A stretch of DNA of 64,000 bases from positions 11,801 through 75,800 of the forward strand of contig CALXTF010000002.1 in the NCBI GenBank assembly GCA_944391335.1, written 5' to 3'. The notes under the pieces are model-generated. The model made no database searches and was not told where the DNA came from. It saw only the letters and a list, made by a program, of their open reading frames with translations. This DNA comes from an uncultured Alphaproteobacteria bacterium. Its GTDB lineage: Bacteria > Pseudomonadota > Alphaproteobacteria > RF32 > CAG-239. Below, piece by piece: positions 20,940-32,100 of the stretch (position 1 is the stretch's first letter; each line of letters begins with the position of its first letter). Made by a program: the position numbers and the translations under genes.

Positions 20940-21077
20940 TTATTTTTCCATTTTGATTTACAATCAGATTAATGGCAACTTTTGTCTTATGCAAGTTTTT
21001 TTGTTTGCTAATAAATTTATAGACTTGACCTCTTTACATAAAATTATTAGCCTATAAATATATAGGAGATGTCTTTT

Positions 21078-22391
21078 ATGCGTACAGAAAAAAAATTATC
21101 TATTTACCAAAAAGAACTAAAGACATTAGAAAAACCAAATTCCTTTTCTTTTTATGCCTTTATTTTTAATTCTTTTTATTTTCTTGCCAATGGAATGATT
21201 TTTTGGTTTATAACTTGGTTTTTAAGCGGATTGATTTTAACTTTCATCGTTTTTGTATTTTTTAAAAATTTATGGGTTATTCCTATAGTTTTATTATTAA
21301 TGCGTATTTTATGTTCCGTTATCGCCCCCAAACTTAAACGAAGTTACATTAAAGATTTTATTAATAGAAATGAAAATGTTAATTATAACCACCCTGTTCT
21401 TTTTTATTCAATTTCCAGCAAAAGACTAATTATCTATAGTTTAATAAGCTGCGGTTTTTTTGAATTTTATTGGTTTTATAAAAACTGGAAAGCCGTGCAT
21501 AAAGATGTCCATGATGAAGAAATAAAACCTTTTTGGCAGGGTTTCATTTTTTGTTTTTTATTTATATTGCCGCTAATGAAAATTATTGGCTTAAATCTCA
21601 AACGCAGTAAAACTTCCGGAAAAAATTTTTCTTTACTGTCTTGCGTCTATTTTATTTCTTTTTTATTGCAAATAGTTTGTGAAATATCACCGTTTATTTT
21701 TCAAGGAGCTAATTATCTTCTCCCTATGTTATGGTTTATATACATAATTATTTGGTTAATTGGATTAATGGCTTTAGCCGCCATACAGAAAAGGATTAAT
21801 TTTCATAACAATAAAAGCAACCCACGTCAAATTCCTTTCTCTAAAAGAGACTATCATGAAATTATTGTAGTTCTAATAGGATTGGCACTTAACATGACGC
21901 TTTTTATTATTCATACACCTTTTGCACAAAATGATGAAAATTTAGTAATAGCTTTAAGCAGCACCTATCGAATGATGGTTGCTTATCCGGATTTTTGCAG
22001 AAAACAAGGTTATGAAATGACACAATTTCCTAAGGTTTACGCACAATATTTTTCTCCAGAAATCAAAACACTTAATCATCATCTACAACCATACCATCTT
22101 AATATGGAACAAGCATGGATATTCTTTCAAATAAAATTTAAAAATATAATGGAAGATAGCATTATGAAAGAATTTATGGCTCTCAAACCAGCAATCATCA
22201 AAATGATTATTCGGCAATACCAAGAAGAAGATATTAAAGGGTTCAATTCGCAAATAGCTAACGAATTTTTAGATAAAGAAATCACCTTTGCCGTTTTATG
22301 CGCGGAGACAGATCGTCATGCTTATGAAATTCTTGATATTAATAAAGATTATCAAAAATTTCTTCGCCAAACCGTTAAAAGCATTGAATAA
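21078..22391 (+). CDS. Hypothetical membrane protein with a soluble C-terminal domain
   Basis: GGAG lies 10 nt upstream of the ATG at 21078. Multiple TMs in the N-terminal 280 aa. Confidence 0.7.
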   Translation: MRTEKKLSIYQKELKTLEKPNSFSFYAFIFNSFYFLANGMIFWFITWFLSGLILTFIVFVFFKNLWVIPIVLLLMRILCSVIAPKLKRSYIKDFINRNENVNYNHPVLFYSISSKRLIIYSLISCGFFEFYWFYKNWKAVHKDVHDEEIKPFWQGFIFCFLFILPLMKIIGLNLKRSKTSGKNFSLLSCVYFISFLLQIVCEISPFIFQGANYLLPMLWFIYIIIWLIGLMALAAIQKRINFHNNKSNPRQIPFSKRDYHEIIVVLIGLALNMTLFIIHTPFAQNDENLVIALSSTYRMMVAYPDFCRKQGYEMTQFPKVYAQYFSPEIKTLNHHLQPYHLNMEQAWIFFQIKFKNIMEDSIMKEFMALKPAIIKMIIRQYQEEDIKGFNSQIANEFLDKEITFAVLCAETDRHAYEILDINKDYQKFLRQTVKSIE

Positions 22392-22472
22392 AAAATATTA
22401 TTGACAAAAAAATTTTTTATTATAATATGTAAGGTAGTTATTCATTATTCATAAACTATTAAAAACTTTTTT

Positions 22473-22703
22473 ATGAAACAATCATTAGTACTTGTAAAAG
22501 TTATTGTTCTTGTAATTATCTCACTTATTATTTCCCCTTGCATAGGTGCTTTGACAGGTTGGCTTGTCGGTCTCCTTTTTGGACAAACGATTTTGGGAAT
22601 TCTGGAAGAAATTGGTATTACCGGATTTAGCATGTGGCAAATCGGAGCCTTTTTAGGTTTTATATCCTCTTTCTTCGTTTCATCAAAATCTTTGAAATCG
22701 TAA
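22473..22703 (+). CDS. Small glycine-zipper membrane protein (76 aa)
   Basis: Hydrophobic sequence with GALTGWLVGLLFG, followed by a strong hairpin terminator. Preferred over the overlapping minus-strand ORF. No clear RBS. Confidence 0.45.
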   Translation: MKQSLVLVKVIVLVIISLIISPCIGALTGWLVGLLFGQTILGILEEIGITGFSMWQIGAFLGFISSFFVSSKSLKS

Positions 22704-22716
22704 AATGCTGACAATC

Positions 22717-22757
22717 AAAAAAAAGAGTTTTTGGAAATTAATCCAAAACTCTTTTTT
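22717..22757. terminator. Bidirectional intrinsic terminator
   Basis: Stem aaaagagttttgg/ccaaaactctttt with an A-run and a T-run. Confidence 0.75.
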
Positions 22758-22856
22758 TGATTTAAAATATATCCTGTTATGGATTATTGAGAAATTAAAC
22801 ACGCATCAATCAACGATGAGATCAATAAAAAAGCAGGCATAACCTGCTTGATAGAT

Positions 22857-22932
<76 letters not shown>

Positions 22933-23082
22933 GATTTATGTGCTATTTATTACTCTATCCAAAATAATTTGGCAAGACTTTTTTTCATTATTATTGTATT
23001 TTTTATATGATATATATTTTGTTATTAAAAAGTTAATCTTTTTTTCTTATAATACATTATTATATAGGACAGAGGAATTGAA

Positions 23083-23964
23083 ATGGAAAACAAAATTAAT
23101 TTTAAAGTCAATTATTCACAACTCAATATTCTAAGAGAATATAATAATAGAGAACCTCGTTATCCTATTGTATTATCAATTCCACACAGCGGTCAAAATT
23201 TTCCTGATGAATTTTTAGCAAATATTGCTGTTGATATTTCGGAGTTACGAAGTAATGAAGATCCATATATTGACGAATTAGTTATCGAAGCCTCTAATTA
23301 TGGGATTCCAATGATAAAACTTAATATAGGTCGAGCCTTTATCGACGTAAATCGTGATATATTAGAGATTGATCCGACAATGTTTTATAATTATCCCAAG
23401 ACACAATCTATAACCAACAATAAACGCAGCCGCGTGGGACTTGGTCTATTTCACCGTATTACCGCCAACCGCAAAAACATTTATAATGGTTTATTGGATT
23501 ATCAAGAAGCACAAGAACGAATTAATCGCATCTATAAACCTTATCATATATTATTAAAAGATCTTATTGATCGCACAATAAGAAAATTTGGTTTTTGTTT
23601 ATTATTAGACTGCCACTCAATGCCTTCAAAAATATGTAATATCATGCAAGATAACCGTCAAATTGAATTGTGCCTTGGAACATTATTTGAACAAAGCTGC
23701 CCAAGCGAAATATATGAATTTTTCTTACAGAGATTACAGCAAAAATATAACGTAACCCTTGATTGTCCATATTCGGGAGCGCATATAATTTTTCATTATT
23801 GCCAACCGCGCAAGAATATTTACACTCTTCAAATTGAAATTAACCGCAGTCTTTATGAAGATGAAGCTGTGTATAAAAAAAATTCGAATTTTCAATATAT
23901 TAGCTCCGATTTGTGTGAGGCTATTATAGACCTCGGTAATTTTTTACTGGATTTTAAAAAATAA
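23083..23964 (+). CDS. N-formylglutamate amidohydrolase family protein
   Basis: Motifs SIPHSG, FIDVNR and LLLDCHSMPS. GAGGAA RBS. Confidence 0.85.
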   Translation: MENKINFKVNYSQLNILREYNNREPRYPIVLSIPHSGQNFPDEFLANIAVDISELRSNEDPYIDELVIEASNYGIPMIKLNIGRAFIDVNRDILEIDPTMFYNYPKTQSITNNKRSRVGLGLFHRITANRKNIYNGLLDYQEAQERINRIYKPYHILLKDLIDRTIRKFGFCLLLDCHSMPSKICNIMQDNRQIELCLGTLFEQSCPSEIYEFFLQRLQQKYNVTLDCPYSGAHIIFHYCQPRKNIYTLQIEINRSLYEDEAVYKKNSNFQYISSDLCEAIIDLGNFLLDFKK

Positions 23965-24093
23965 TTATGATATAAATCTTTCTGTTTTAATAAAAACTTT
24001 AAGGCGAGAAAAAGCCTATATGATATAACAGCCTATGGATTTATTTATGTTTTGCCGAAAGCAAACTGAAATCAGCTAAGGGTTGAGGGATGT

Positions 24094-24846
24094 TTGTGGC
24101 AGTCCAAGGTAACAGAGGGATACTGCTGGAAGTATCAATTTTTTATGTTTTTTCTAATATTGCTGATGTTGCTCCTGCCCATCAAGGTAAACGCTCAGGA
24201 AGCGATAACTGTTGATGACGGTTTTATATGTATGGAAGCAACCACTAAAGCGGAAGAAAAATATCAGATAAAAAAATATCTACTAACCTCCATATCAACT
24301 GTTGAAACAGGGAAATGGAATAAAACCGCTCAACAAAAAACGGCTTGGCCATGGACAATCAACGTACATGGAAAAGGTCATTATTATAAGAACAAAGAAG
24401 CTGCCGTTGCTGCAGCAAAAAATTTAAGGAAAAGAGGCATTAATAATTTTGATGTTGGCTGCATGCAGATTAATATGCGTTTTCATGGCAAAGAATTTGC
24501 CAGCTTGGAAGACGCATTTGATCCAGAAAAAAATGTTGCTTATGCTGCAAAATTTTTAAAAAAGCTTTACAATCGAAGACAAGATTGGATGAAAGCGGCA
24601 ACGGATTATCATTCTCGCCGTCCATCTAAAGCCAAAGCTTACCAAAAAAAATTATTAGCAGAAATAGAGACCGTAAAGAAAGGACATCAAACCTATACGT
24701 CTTTATACGCGGCAATTCAATCTCCGGCTATGGAACAAAAGAAAGAAAGGAATTGGTTGAGCCGCTTACTATGGGGTGATGGAAATGAAAACAAACAAAA
24801 AATTAAGCTTTCATTACAAAATCAAGAAATATTTGGGAATAAATAA
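24094..24846 (+). CDS. Lytic transglycosylase (SLT-type), secreted
   Basis: Signal-like FFMFFLILLMLLLPIKVNAQ, catalytic-type TVETG, WPWTINV and FDVGCMQIN motifs. The start codon is uncertain (TTG at 24094 or a later ATG). Confidence 0.8.
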   Translation: MWQSKVTEGYCWKYQFFMFFLILLMLLLPIKVNAQEAITVDDGFICMEATTKAEEKYQIKKYLLTSISTVETGKWNKTAQQKTAWPWTINVHGKGHYYKNKEAAVAAAKNLRKRGINNFDVGCMQINMRFHGKEFASLEDAFDPEKNVAYAAKFLKKLYNRRQDWMKAATDYHSRRPSKAKAYQKKLLAEIETVKKGHQTYTSLYAAIQSPAMEQKKERNWLSRLLWGDGNENKQKIKLSLQNQEIFGNK

Positions 24847-24851
24847 AGTGT

Positions 24852-24890
24852 AACATCAAGGTATATTAAAAATATACCTTGATGTTTTGA
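24852..24890. terminator. Bidirectional terminator
   Basis: Perfect long stem aacatcaaggtatatt/aatataccttgatgtt followed by TTT. Confidence 0.75.
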
Positions 24891-24906
24891 TTTATGATTT
24901 TAAATA

Positions 24907-25650
24907 TTAACGATAAGTCCATTCTGCGTTATTTCGCCGATTACGAATATTTTGTTGCATATCCCAAGGAAGGCTTTTAAATATTCGATTGGAATACGTT
25001 TTTTTTAAATTCCATAATTCATATTGTCCGCTTTCTGTTTGATTATAAAGAGGTTCCATAGCGCGGATACAATCATAAAAACATTTATAACGCATAGAAG
25101 GAAGAACATCTAAAGTTCTATTTAAAGCTTTTTTATAGGCATTAACTTTTTTTTGCGGTTCATCAAATTTTTGAGCTTGGGAGAATTGATTATAAAAATC
25201 CTTTAGAGCGATTTTTTGAACCAAAGTTTTGCAATTTGGATATTCCGCTGCTTCAATAGGCATAATTTTCAAAGCCTCTTTAGCGCATTTTAAAATTTTA
25301 TCTGTATTTTTAGAAATTTCCGGAAGATAAGAGACGACATCAATAAGGCGTTTTTCTTGGTCTAGATTGCTAGGGCATTTTTTAACAAATTTTTGCACAT
25401 GATTAAACCAATTATCCAAATCCTTTTGACTTCTTAATTGAGGATCGACGGCTTTATAGGCGCAGTGCATCATATATTCATCAATGAAAGTTGGTTCTTT
25501 TAAGAAGTTTTTTTTCAACTCGTTAATAATACGACGCAGCTGATGTTGATCGATTAATTTATCCATAGAAGCAACTAAAGGATCTTTATTTTGTTGTTGT
25601 CGTAAGAAGACACGCAATTCATTTTTTAGATTTTCGAAAGTTTCATTCAT
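24907..25650 (-). CDS. Hypothetical helical protein (247 aa)
   Basis: Long clean ORF. No family recognised. Confidence 0.7.
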   Translation of the reverse strand: MNETFENLKNELRVFLRQQQNKDPLVASMDKLIDQHQLRRIINELKKNFLKEPTFIDEYMMHCAYKAVDPQLRSQKDLDNWFNHVQKFVKKCPSNLDQEKRLIDVVSYLPEISKNTDKILKCAKEALKIMPIEAAEYPNCKTLVQKIALKDFYNQFSQAQKFDEPQKKVNAYKKALNRTLDVLPSMRYKCFYDCIRAMEPLYNQTESGQYELWNLKKTYSNRIFKSLPWDMQQNIRNRRNNAEWTYR

Positions 25651-25660
25651 AAGCTATCCG

Positions 25661-26101
25661 TTAATTTAAATTTTTCACCATACGAGCGAAGGTAATTCCA
25701 CTTTCTTCGAAGATATCACCTTCTTGTTGATAACCGAGTTTTTCATAGAAATGAACGACTGAAAGCATTGCATGCATAATGATACGAGAGAAGCCTGCTT
25801 CTTTAGCTCTTTTTTCGGCGTATTTGACCATTTCGCGGCCGATTCCCTCGCGTTGATATTTTGTATCGACAGCGACTTGCATAAGTCTGATATCCTCATT
25901 ATTAACTGGGACCAACATAAGTCCGCCGACGAGTTTATCATCTAGAGATTCGATACAACCGACATGAAGATAACTCATTTCGTTTTCACGGTATTTATCC
26001 AGAAATTTTAATCCGAGAGGTTCCAGAAGGATTTTATATCTTAATTCGACAAGTTCGTCATAACGAGAAGAACCAAAGTCAATATCAATTATTTTTTTCA
26101 T
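25661..26101 (-). CDS. GNAT-family N-acetyltransferase
   Basis: Acetyl-CoA motif QVAVDTKYQREGIGREMV. AGGAG lies 8 nt upstream of the ATG at 26101. Confidence 0.85.
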   Translation of the reverse strand: MKKIIDIDFGSSRYDELVELRYKILLEPLGLKFLDKYRENEMSYLHVGCIESLDDKLVGGLMLVPVNNEDIRLMQVAVDTKYQREGIGREMVKYAEKRAKEAGFSRIIMHAMLSVVHFYEKLGYQQEGDIFEESGITFARMVKNLN

Positions 26102-26229
26102 TCTCAAACTCCTTTCCGGCATATTATATAATTATCATAAATTAAGGCAACAATCAATAATATATTGCCATATTGTTTTTTTTACCCTATGAATTGAATA
26201 ATTTATAAAAGATAAGATAGGTAAATGAA

Positions 26230-28035
26230 ATGGTTGATGATTTAAGTTTAATTCGTAATTTTGCAATTATAGCCCACATAGATCATGGGAAATCGACGCT
26301 TGCGGATCGATTAATTGAATATTGCGGGGGCTTAAGCGAACGTGAAATGCAAGAACAAGTTCTTGATTCCATGGATATTGAACGAGAACGAGGGATTACC
26401 ATTAAAGCGCAAACCGTACGATTAAACTACCGTAGCAGAGATGGTAAGGTTTATCAACTTAATTTAATAGACACTCCCGGACATGTTGACTTTTCATATG
26501 AAGTGAGTCGATCACTTGCCGCATGCGAAGGCTCTATTTTAGTTATTGACGCGACACAAGGGGTAGAAGCACAGACATTAGCTAATGTTTATTTAGCCAT
26601 AGAAAACAATCATGAAATTATACCTGTTTTAAATAAGATTGACTTACCTTCAGCCGATTCACAAAAAGTCTGCCGACAAATAGAAGATGTTATCGGACTT
26701 GATGCTTCTGGAGCGATAGAAACATCGGGAAAGACGGGTTTAGGTGTTGAAGATCTTTTAGAAGCCATTGTCAACCGCCTTCCCGCACCTAAAGGAGATA
26801 AGGAAGCTCCTCTAAAAGCGTTATTAATAGACAGTTGGTATGACTCATATCTTGGTGTTATTATATTGGTTCGCATAAAAGATGGTATTTTGCGTAAGAA
26901 ACAACAAATACGCATGATGTCGAACAACGCGGTATATCAAATAGATAAAGTTGGTATATTTACTCCCAAAATGGAAGATGTTGAAGCGTTATATCCGGGA
27001 GAAATAGGATTTATCACCGCCAGTATAAAGAGTGTTGGGGATTGTCATATTGGCGATACGATTACAGACAACCGCCGTCCCTGTGATACGCCGCTGCATG
27101 GTTTCAAGGCTTCTGTTCCGGTTGTTTTTTGTTCTATTTTTCCTGTTGACAGCAGCCAATACGAAAATTTAAAAGATGCTTTATCAAAACTAAAATTAAA
27201 TGATGCCAGCATAGATTATCAAAATGAAAATTCTGCGGCGCTTGGACTTGGTTTTCGATGCGGTTTTCTTGGTCTTTTACATATGGAGATTATTCAAGAA
27301 CGCTTAAGTCGAGAATTTGATCTTGATTTAATAACCACGGCTCCTTCGGTTGCATATATATTACATTTAACCAACGGCAATCAACAAACTTTATGCAATC
27401 CTGCCGACATGCCTGATTTATCTTTGGTACAAGCAATTGAAGAACCTATTGTTCGTGCGACGATTTTAGTTCCGGACGAATATCTGGGTGCGGTTTTAAA
27501 ATTATGCAACGATCGACGGGGGATTCAAGAAGAATTAACTTATGCCGGCAGTCGAGCGATGGTTATTTATAAAATTCCATTAAACGAAATTGTTTTTGAC
27601 TTTTATGATCGATTAAAATCAATTACAAGCGGTTATGCGAGTTTTGATTATGAAATTATTGGTCATCAAATAGCGGATTTAGTAAAAGTACAAATTTTAA
27701 TCAATGAAGAACCGGTTGAAGCATTGGCTTTTTTATGCCATCGTTTAGAAGCGGAAAGTCGGGGACGGCAAATTTGTGAGAGATTAAAAGATTTAATTCC
27801 CAGACATTTATTTAAGATTCCGATTCAAGCGGCTATTGGCGGTCGTGTCATTGCTCGTGAAACGATATCTGCGTTAAGGAAAGATGTAACGGCAAAATGT
27901 TACGGCGGAGATATCACACGCAAACGTAAACTTCTTGATAAGCAAAAGAAGGGTAAACAAAGAATGAGGCAGTTTGGCAAAGTTGAAATTCCTCAATCAG
28001 CTTTTATTGAAGCCTTGAGAATTAGCGACAAGTAA
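26230..28035 (+). CDS. lepA: Elongation factor 4
   Basis: [30 protein letters not shown], and the LepA-specific C-terminus [18 protein letters not shown]. Confidence 0.97.
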   Translation: MVDDLSLIRNFAIIAHIDHGKSTLADRLIEYCGGLSEREMQEQVLDSMDIERERGITIKAQTVRLNYRSRDGKVYQLNLIDTPGHVDFSYEVSRSLAACEGSILVIDATQGVEAQTLANVYLAIENNHEIIPVLNKIDLPSADSQKVCRQIEDVIGLDASGAIETSGKTGLGVEDLLEAIVNRLPAPKGDKEAPLKALLIDSWYDSYLGVIILVRIKDGILRKKQQIRMMSNNAVYQIDKVGIFTPKMEDVEALYPGEIGFITASIKSVGDCHIGDTITDNRRPCDTPLHGFKASVPVVFCSIFPVDSSQYENLKDALSKLKLNDASIDYQNENSAALGLGFRCGFLGLLHMEIIQERLSREFDLDLITTAPSVAYILHLTNGNQQTLCNPADMPDLSLVQAIEEPIVRATILVPDEYLGAVLKLCNDRRGIQEELTYAGSRAMVIYKIPLNEIVFDFYDRLKSITSGYASFDYEIIGHQIADLVKVQILINEEPVEALAFLCHRLEAESRGRQICERLKDLIPRHLFKIPIQAAIGGRVIARETISALRKDVTAKCYGGDITRKRKLLDKQKKGKQRMRQFGKVEIPQSAFIEALRISDK

Positions 28036-28100
28036 ATTAAGCCTTGAGAAAAGTGAGTCTATTGTTTATACTGGAAGATATTATTAAGGAGGACTTATTA

Positions 28101-28886
28101 ATGAAATCAATTATATTTCTTATAGCAGGACTATTGTTTTTATATCCGACAAAAGTTTATAGTCAAGCCGTAGAAGGTGTTCAATCGTTTAGCCAACCGG
28201 AAGGTTCATGGCGAAGAGAAGTACAAGAAGCTAAAAAGGAGCAAACAAAAATAAAACCATTACAACGATTTTATGACGATTCGGGAAAGTTTGCCATTGA
28301 GAACATAACTAAAGCGGAACAAATTTTTTGTTATGAAGTTTTTCCATTAGATGCAAAATACGAAGGATATACAATAGATGGTTTTCCGATTCGTGGTTTT
28401 TGTGGTATAATTAATGAAGAAGTTAAAAATTTAATTGTCGAACATTTTTTTGCTTCCGAGACGAATGTTGTATTTGATAAATCGGAAGAATGTGTTATTG
28501 AACCGAAAATAATCATTCGTTTTGTTCGCGGGGTTGATTATACGGATGTTTTATTGTCTTCTCCCTGTCATTCTTTTGCCGTTTTTTATGGGGGCAATGT
28601 TCATGTTTATAATTATAAACCGGCGGCAGCGATTATTGATGCCTTAGTTAAAGCTTTTAACAATAAACATATTGAATTTATTTCTCCTGCATTGCTTAAT
28701 CAACTCTTACCTATTGGCGTTATCCAAAATGAACAGCAGCGTAAATTGATTAATCGCCGCAATGAACCCATACGCAAATGGATAGAAAAAGCGGAAGAAA
28801 AAGAAATCAAAAGAGCTGAAGAGAACAAAAAGAATAATAGTGGGTGGAATAAATTAAAAATGCGCAACTTAAACACTGCGCCATAA
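28101..28886 (+). CDS. Secreted hypothetical protein
   Basis: AGGAGG RBS 8 nt upstream of the ATG at 28101. Signal peptide MKSIIFLIAGLLFLYPTKVYSQA. Confidence 0.75.
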   Translation: MKSIIFLIAGLLFLYPTKVYSQAVEGVQSFSQPEGSWRREVQEAKKEQTKIKPLQRFYDDSGKFAIENITKAEQIFCYEVFPLDAKYEGYTIDGFPIRGFCGIINEEVKNLIVEHFFASETNVVFDKSEECVIEPKIIIRFVRGVDYTDVLLSSPCHSFAVFYGGNVHVYNYKPAAAIIDALVKAFNNKHIEFISPALLNQLLPIGVIQNEQQRKLINRRNEPIRKWIEKAEEKEIKRAEENKKNNSGWNKLKMRNLNTAP

Positions 28887-28908
28887 AACTGATCCAACCT
28901 ACTTTCAT

Positions 28909-28945
28909 CCCCGATTTGAAACTTTTAAATCGGGGTATTTTTATT
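28909..28945 (+). terminator. Intrinsic terminator
   Basis: Stem ccccgattt/aaatcgggg followed by TATTTTTAT. Confidence 0.7.
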
Positions 28946-29109
28946 CTTATCCAACCGATTTTTGAACAAAAAAATGCTTGATAAAAAGGAAGCAGGACTT
29001 TTTAATTAAAGAAAAGAAAATTATCTTGCAATAAAACAAATACCATAATATGATACCGACTTTAAGGAAAGTAATTTCCTTATTCGAGAGTATTAATCTT
29101 TCACAACCA

Positions 29110-29151
29110 AAACAAAACCTTTCGAAACAGATGTTTCGAAAGGTTTTGTTT
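29110..29151. terminator. Long perfect hairpin terminating the giant pilin-like gene
   Basis: Stem aaacaaaacctttcgaaac/gtttcgaaaggttttgttt (19-20 bp), 15 nt downstream of the stop codon on the minus strand. Confidence 0.75.
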
Positions 29152-29166
29152 ATCACGCCTAAAATA

Positions 29167-32100
29167 TTACCACGGATCATTGTATTTAAGTGTGCTATCA
29201 TTCAAACGATTTATATAATCAGTATTCGTATTCTCTTTATCCTTTTTATTCCAATATTCCCTGGGGTTATTGAGTTGATCATAAGTTGTATCAACCATAT
29301 CTACATTGAAACCTTCTCTGTTAAAATAACAATACACGGTTGCATAACCTTCTAATTGTCTATAATACACAGGATATATATTCCAATAAACCGTATCACT
29401 TCCTTCGTCAACATTTCCACTACCGAAAGCGACACCATTTATATTACCTTTGGCAACCTTCTTTAAAAAATCACCATAATAGCTTTCAGGATAAAGGAAG
29501 CCCATAATCACTCCCCAACCGGTAAATTCACCTGAGTCATCTTTACAGCTATTATTAAGATCAAATCCGTCACAATGAGGAACAACCATTGCTCTTAACC
29601 ATGTACTTTTTTGAAAAGTCAGAGGTTGAACGGGTTCCGCATTTTCAACATCAGTTCTAGGCGTTCCAGCTCCATCAGGACCAGGTAAATTCCAATAAAG
29701 ATAAGGATTTGTATGGGGAACTATATCAATACGTCCCATAGTTTGATCATCATAAGGTGTTCCGGCTTCCGCCATTGACCAACCGGATGGATTAACCGTA
29801 ATCACTTTAGAATAATTTGGTGGACAAATCGGTGTTGGCACAAAGCCAAGATAAGGAGAAGTTGCTGTTTTAAAAGCAGTATTTTCATTTGTAATTTCAT
29901 ACATTCCCTCTTTAATTTCCTTAACTGTCTTGGTTTGCCAAGGTGTTTCTTCCTTAAAAGTATTATTGACGACATAAATTCCTTTATTAATAAAATCAGG
30001 TAAAATATCGCTTAACCTTGCACCTCCACGAGTCGTCAATTTAATATCATGCATTACCGAAGTATAAGCCGGATTAACTTCATAACGATCATAAGGGGTT
30101 ACCTTACCATAATTTGTGTCGGTTCTGTCTAATACACCATTTTCCGGCACGACATGAGAAATAAAACGATTTGCAGCTATATAACCAACTGAATTGGTTT
30201 CACTAGCATAATCCCCGACTATCGTACTGTTGGCCAAACGGCTACCGTTGGCACTAGCGATATTGATTGCCCCGCGACGGATATAAACGCTGCCGCGGTC
30301 ATCCGTTACCTTAGGAGTGCCATCTTCTGCCGTTGTCGGAATAGCATCATATGTGTCATTATTATCCACGTGCAAGACGATATCCCCCTTATTTAGTCCA
30401 TCTTCCGTGGTCAAAATCTGAAAATCACCTTTACCGACATAAAGCGATGGATTACCTATACTACCCCCTGTGATCTTGCCGTCTTCATCTACAACAAAAG
30501 CCGGATTATCCGGATAATCCTCCTTCCCTGTAACATCATAATCATATATAGCAAAGCCACCGGCAAAACGTGATGAAATAAGGCCTTCTTCCCTAGCTGC
30601 TTCAATATCGACGACAGGTACTATTTTATCATCAGATTCAGATTCAGATTCAGATATAGCACTAATACTAAAATCCATATCACCTAAAGCAACCAAACCT
30701 CTATCACCCCTTGAATATAGTTGATCATGTGTTATACCTTGATCTCCTGTATATCTTGCATCTCTTGATAAAATACGCATTTCGTCAGTTACAGAGTCTA
30801 TATAACCATAACCATCTTCACCTTTACTAATATTATAAGCACGCAACATATCATCTTGAATGGAGACCACTCCTTTGCTATGGAATTTTCCATTTTCACC
30901 AATTGTTGAAAGAGAAACAGCTTTTTCTGCACCTATTTTAATCTGTCCAGAGGCCGGATCCTTAGAAGTACCATTATTAGAAGTATCATTTGCATCAACT
31001 TCCTCAACTAAACTAACATTATTGCCTGAGCGTAAACTGATACCTTTTTCATGATACATACTGATACCTGCCATGATATTATTATTATTATCATCTTCCT
31101 CTACAATCTGCAATCGATATTGAGTACTCGTGTCGCCAGCACTTGTGTCGGTACTTGGGGTTACTTTTCCAACCAATAACCGTCCCGTATTATCACCATC
31201 ACTTTTCTCTGCAATTAAATAAAAATCTTCATCGTTTGTTGCTGTATTAAAACTATTCCACGCAACACCGGCTCTAAGCTTTGCCGCATCAACATTATAA
31301 GTCTTAAGATGAGGCGTCCTTAAACTATCTTTAACAAAAGCCGGTCCATTTACGGTTAAAGCGTGTCGACCTTCTGAATTATTTGTGCCACTACCATTTG
31401 AATTATTTGTGCCACTACCATTTGAATTATTAGTGTCACTTGGGTTTTTGGGAGTACCGTTTGTATCATATACATAACTTGTATAAGAACCTGTATAAGC
31501 ATTACCACCGCCAATAACCACCGCTGGTGTTTTTGAGTTCCACTGGTTGGTAGAATTATCTTTATAAGTTGTATCAGAATTGACGTCATTATTTCTGACA
31601 CTCAAAGCTCCATTTAAAAGATTAACACTTGAATCTTGGGCGGCAATTAAATTTTGAGAAGTGGTAGATGTCGTTCCATCTTCTTCGGAACTGTTTGTTT
31701 TATATGCAAAATTCATTGATTTATTTTCTTTATCTACCGTCAACAAAACACCGGCAGTCTCTCTGTCAATATTACCATATTCCAGTTTGGAAGATGTGAC
31801 ACTAAATACGCTTTTTCCTTTAGTAGTAGTTGTTACCGTATTATTAGGATCCGTCGAATCTGTTGTAGTTTTTGTTTCATAATACTTGATACCACCATCT
31901 CCACTATCATTTTCTTCTTTTACAGTAAATAACGAAGATACGGCGGCTAAATTCCCTTCCAAAAAGGCTCCTCCTTTATTGCCTATATATAAGGAATAAT
32001 CGAGGTTTGAAAGAGAATTGTCGTCATTAAACGGAATTGCAATATTTTCTTCCGGTCTCATGTCTGTTGAATTATTTTCCGCGCCAACCATCCATTCCGT

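Noticed and set aside
22445-22714. Minus-strand 89-aa ORF
   Set aside because: It overlaps a plus-strand ORF that encodes a typical hydrophobic glycine-zipper peptide and is followed by a terminator. The minus-strand product is proline- and lysine-rich with no RBS. The plus strand is preferred, though with only modest confidence.
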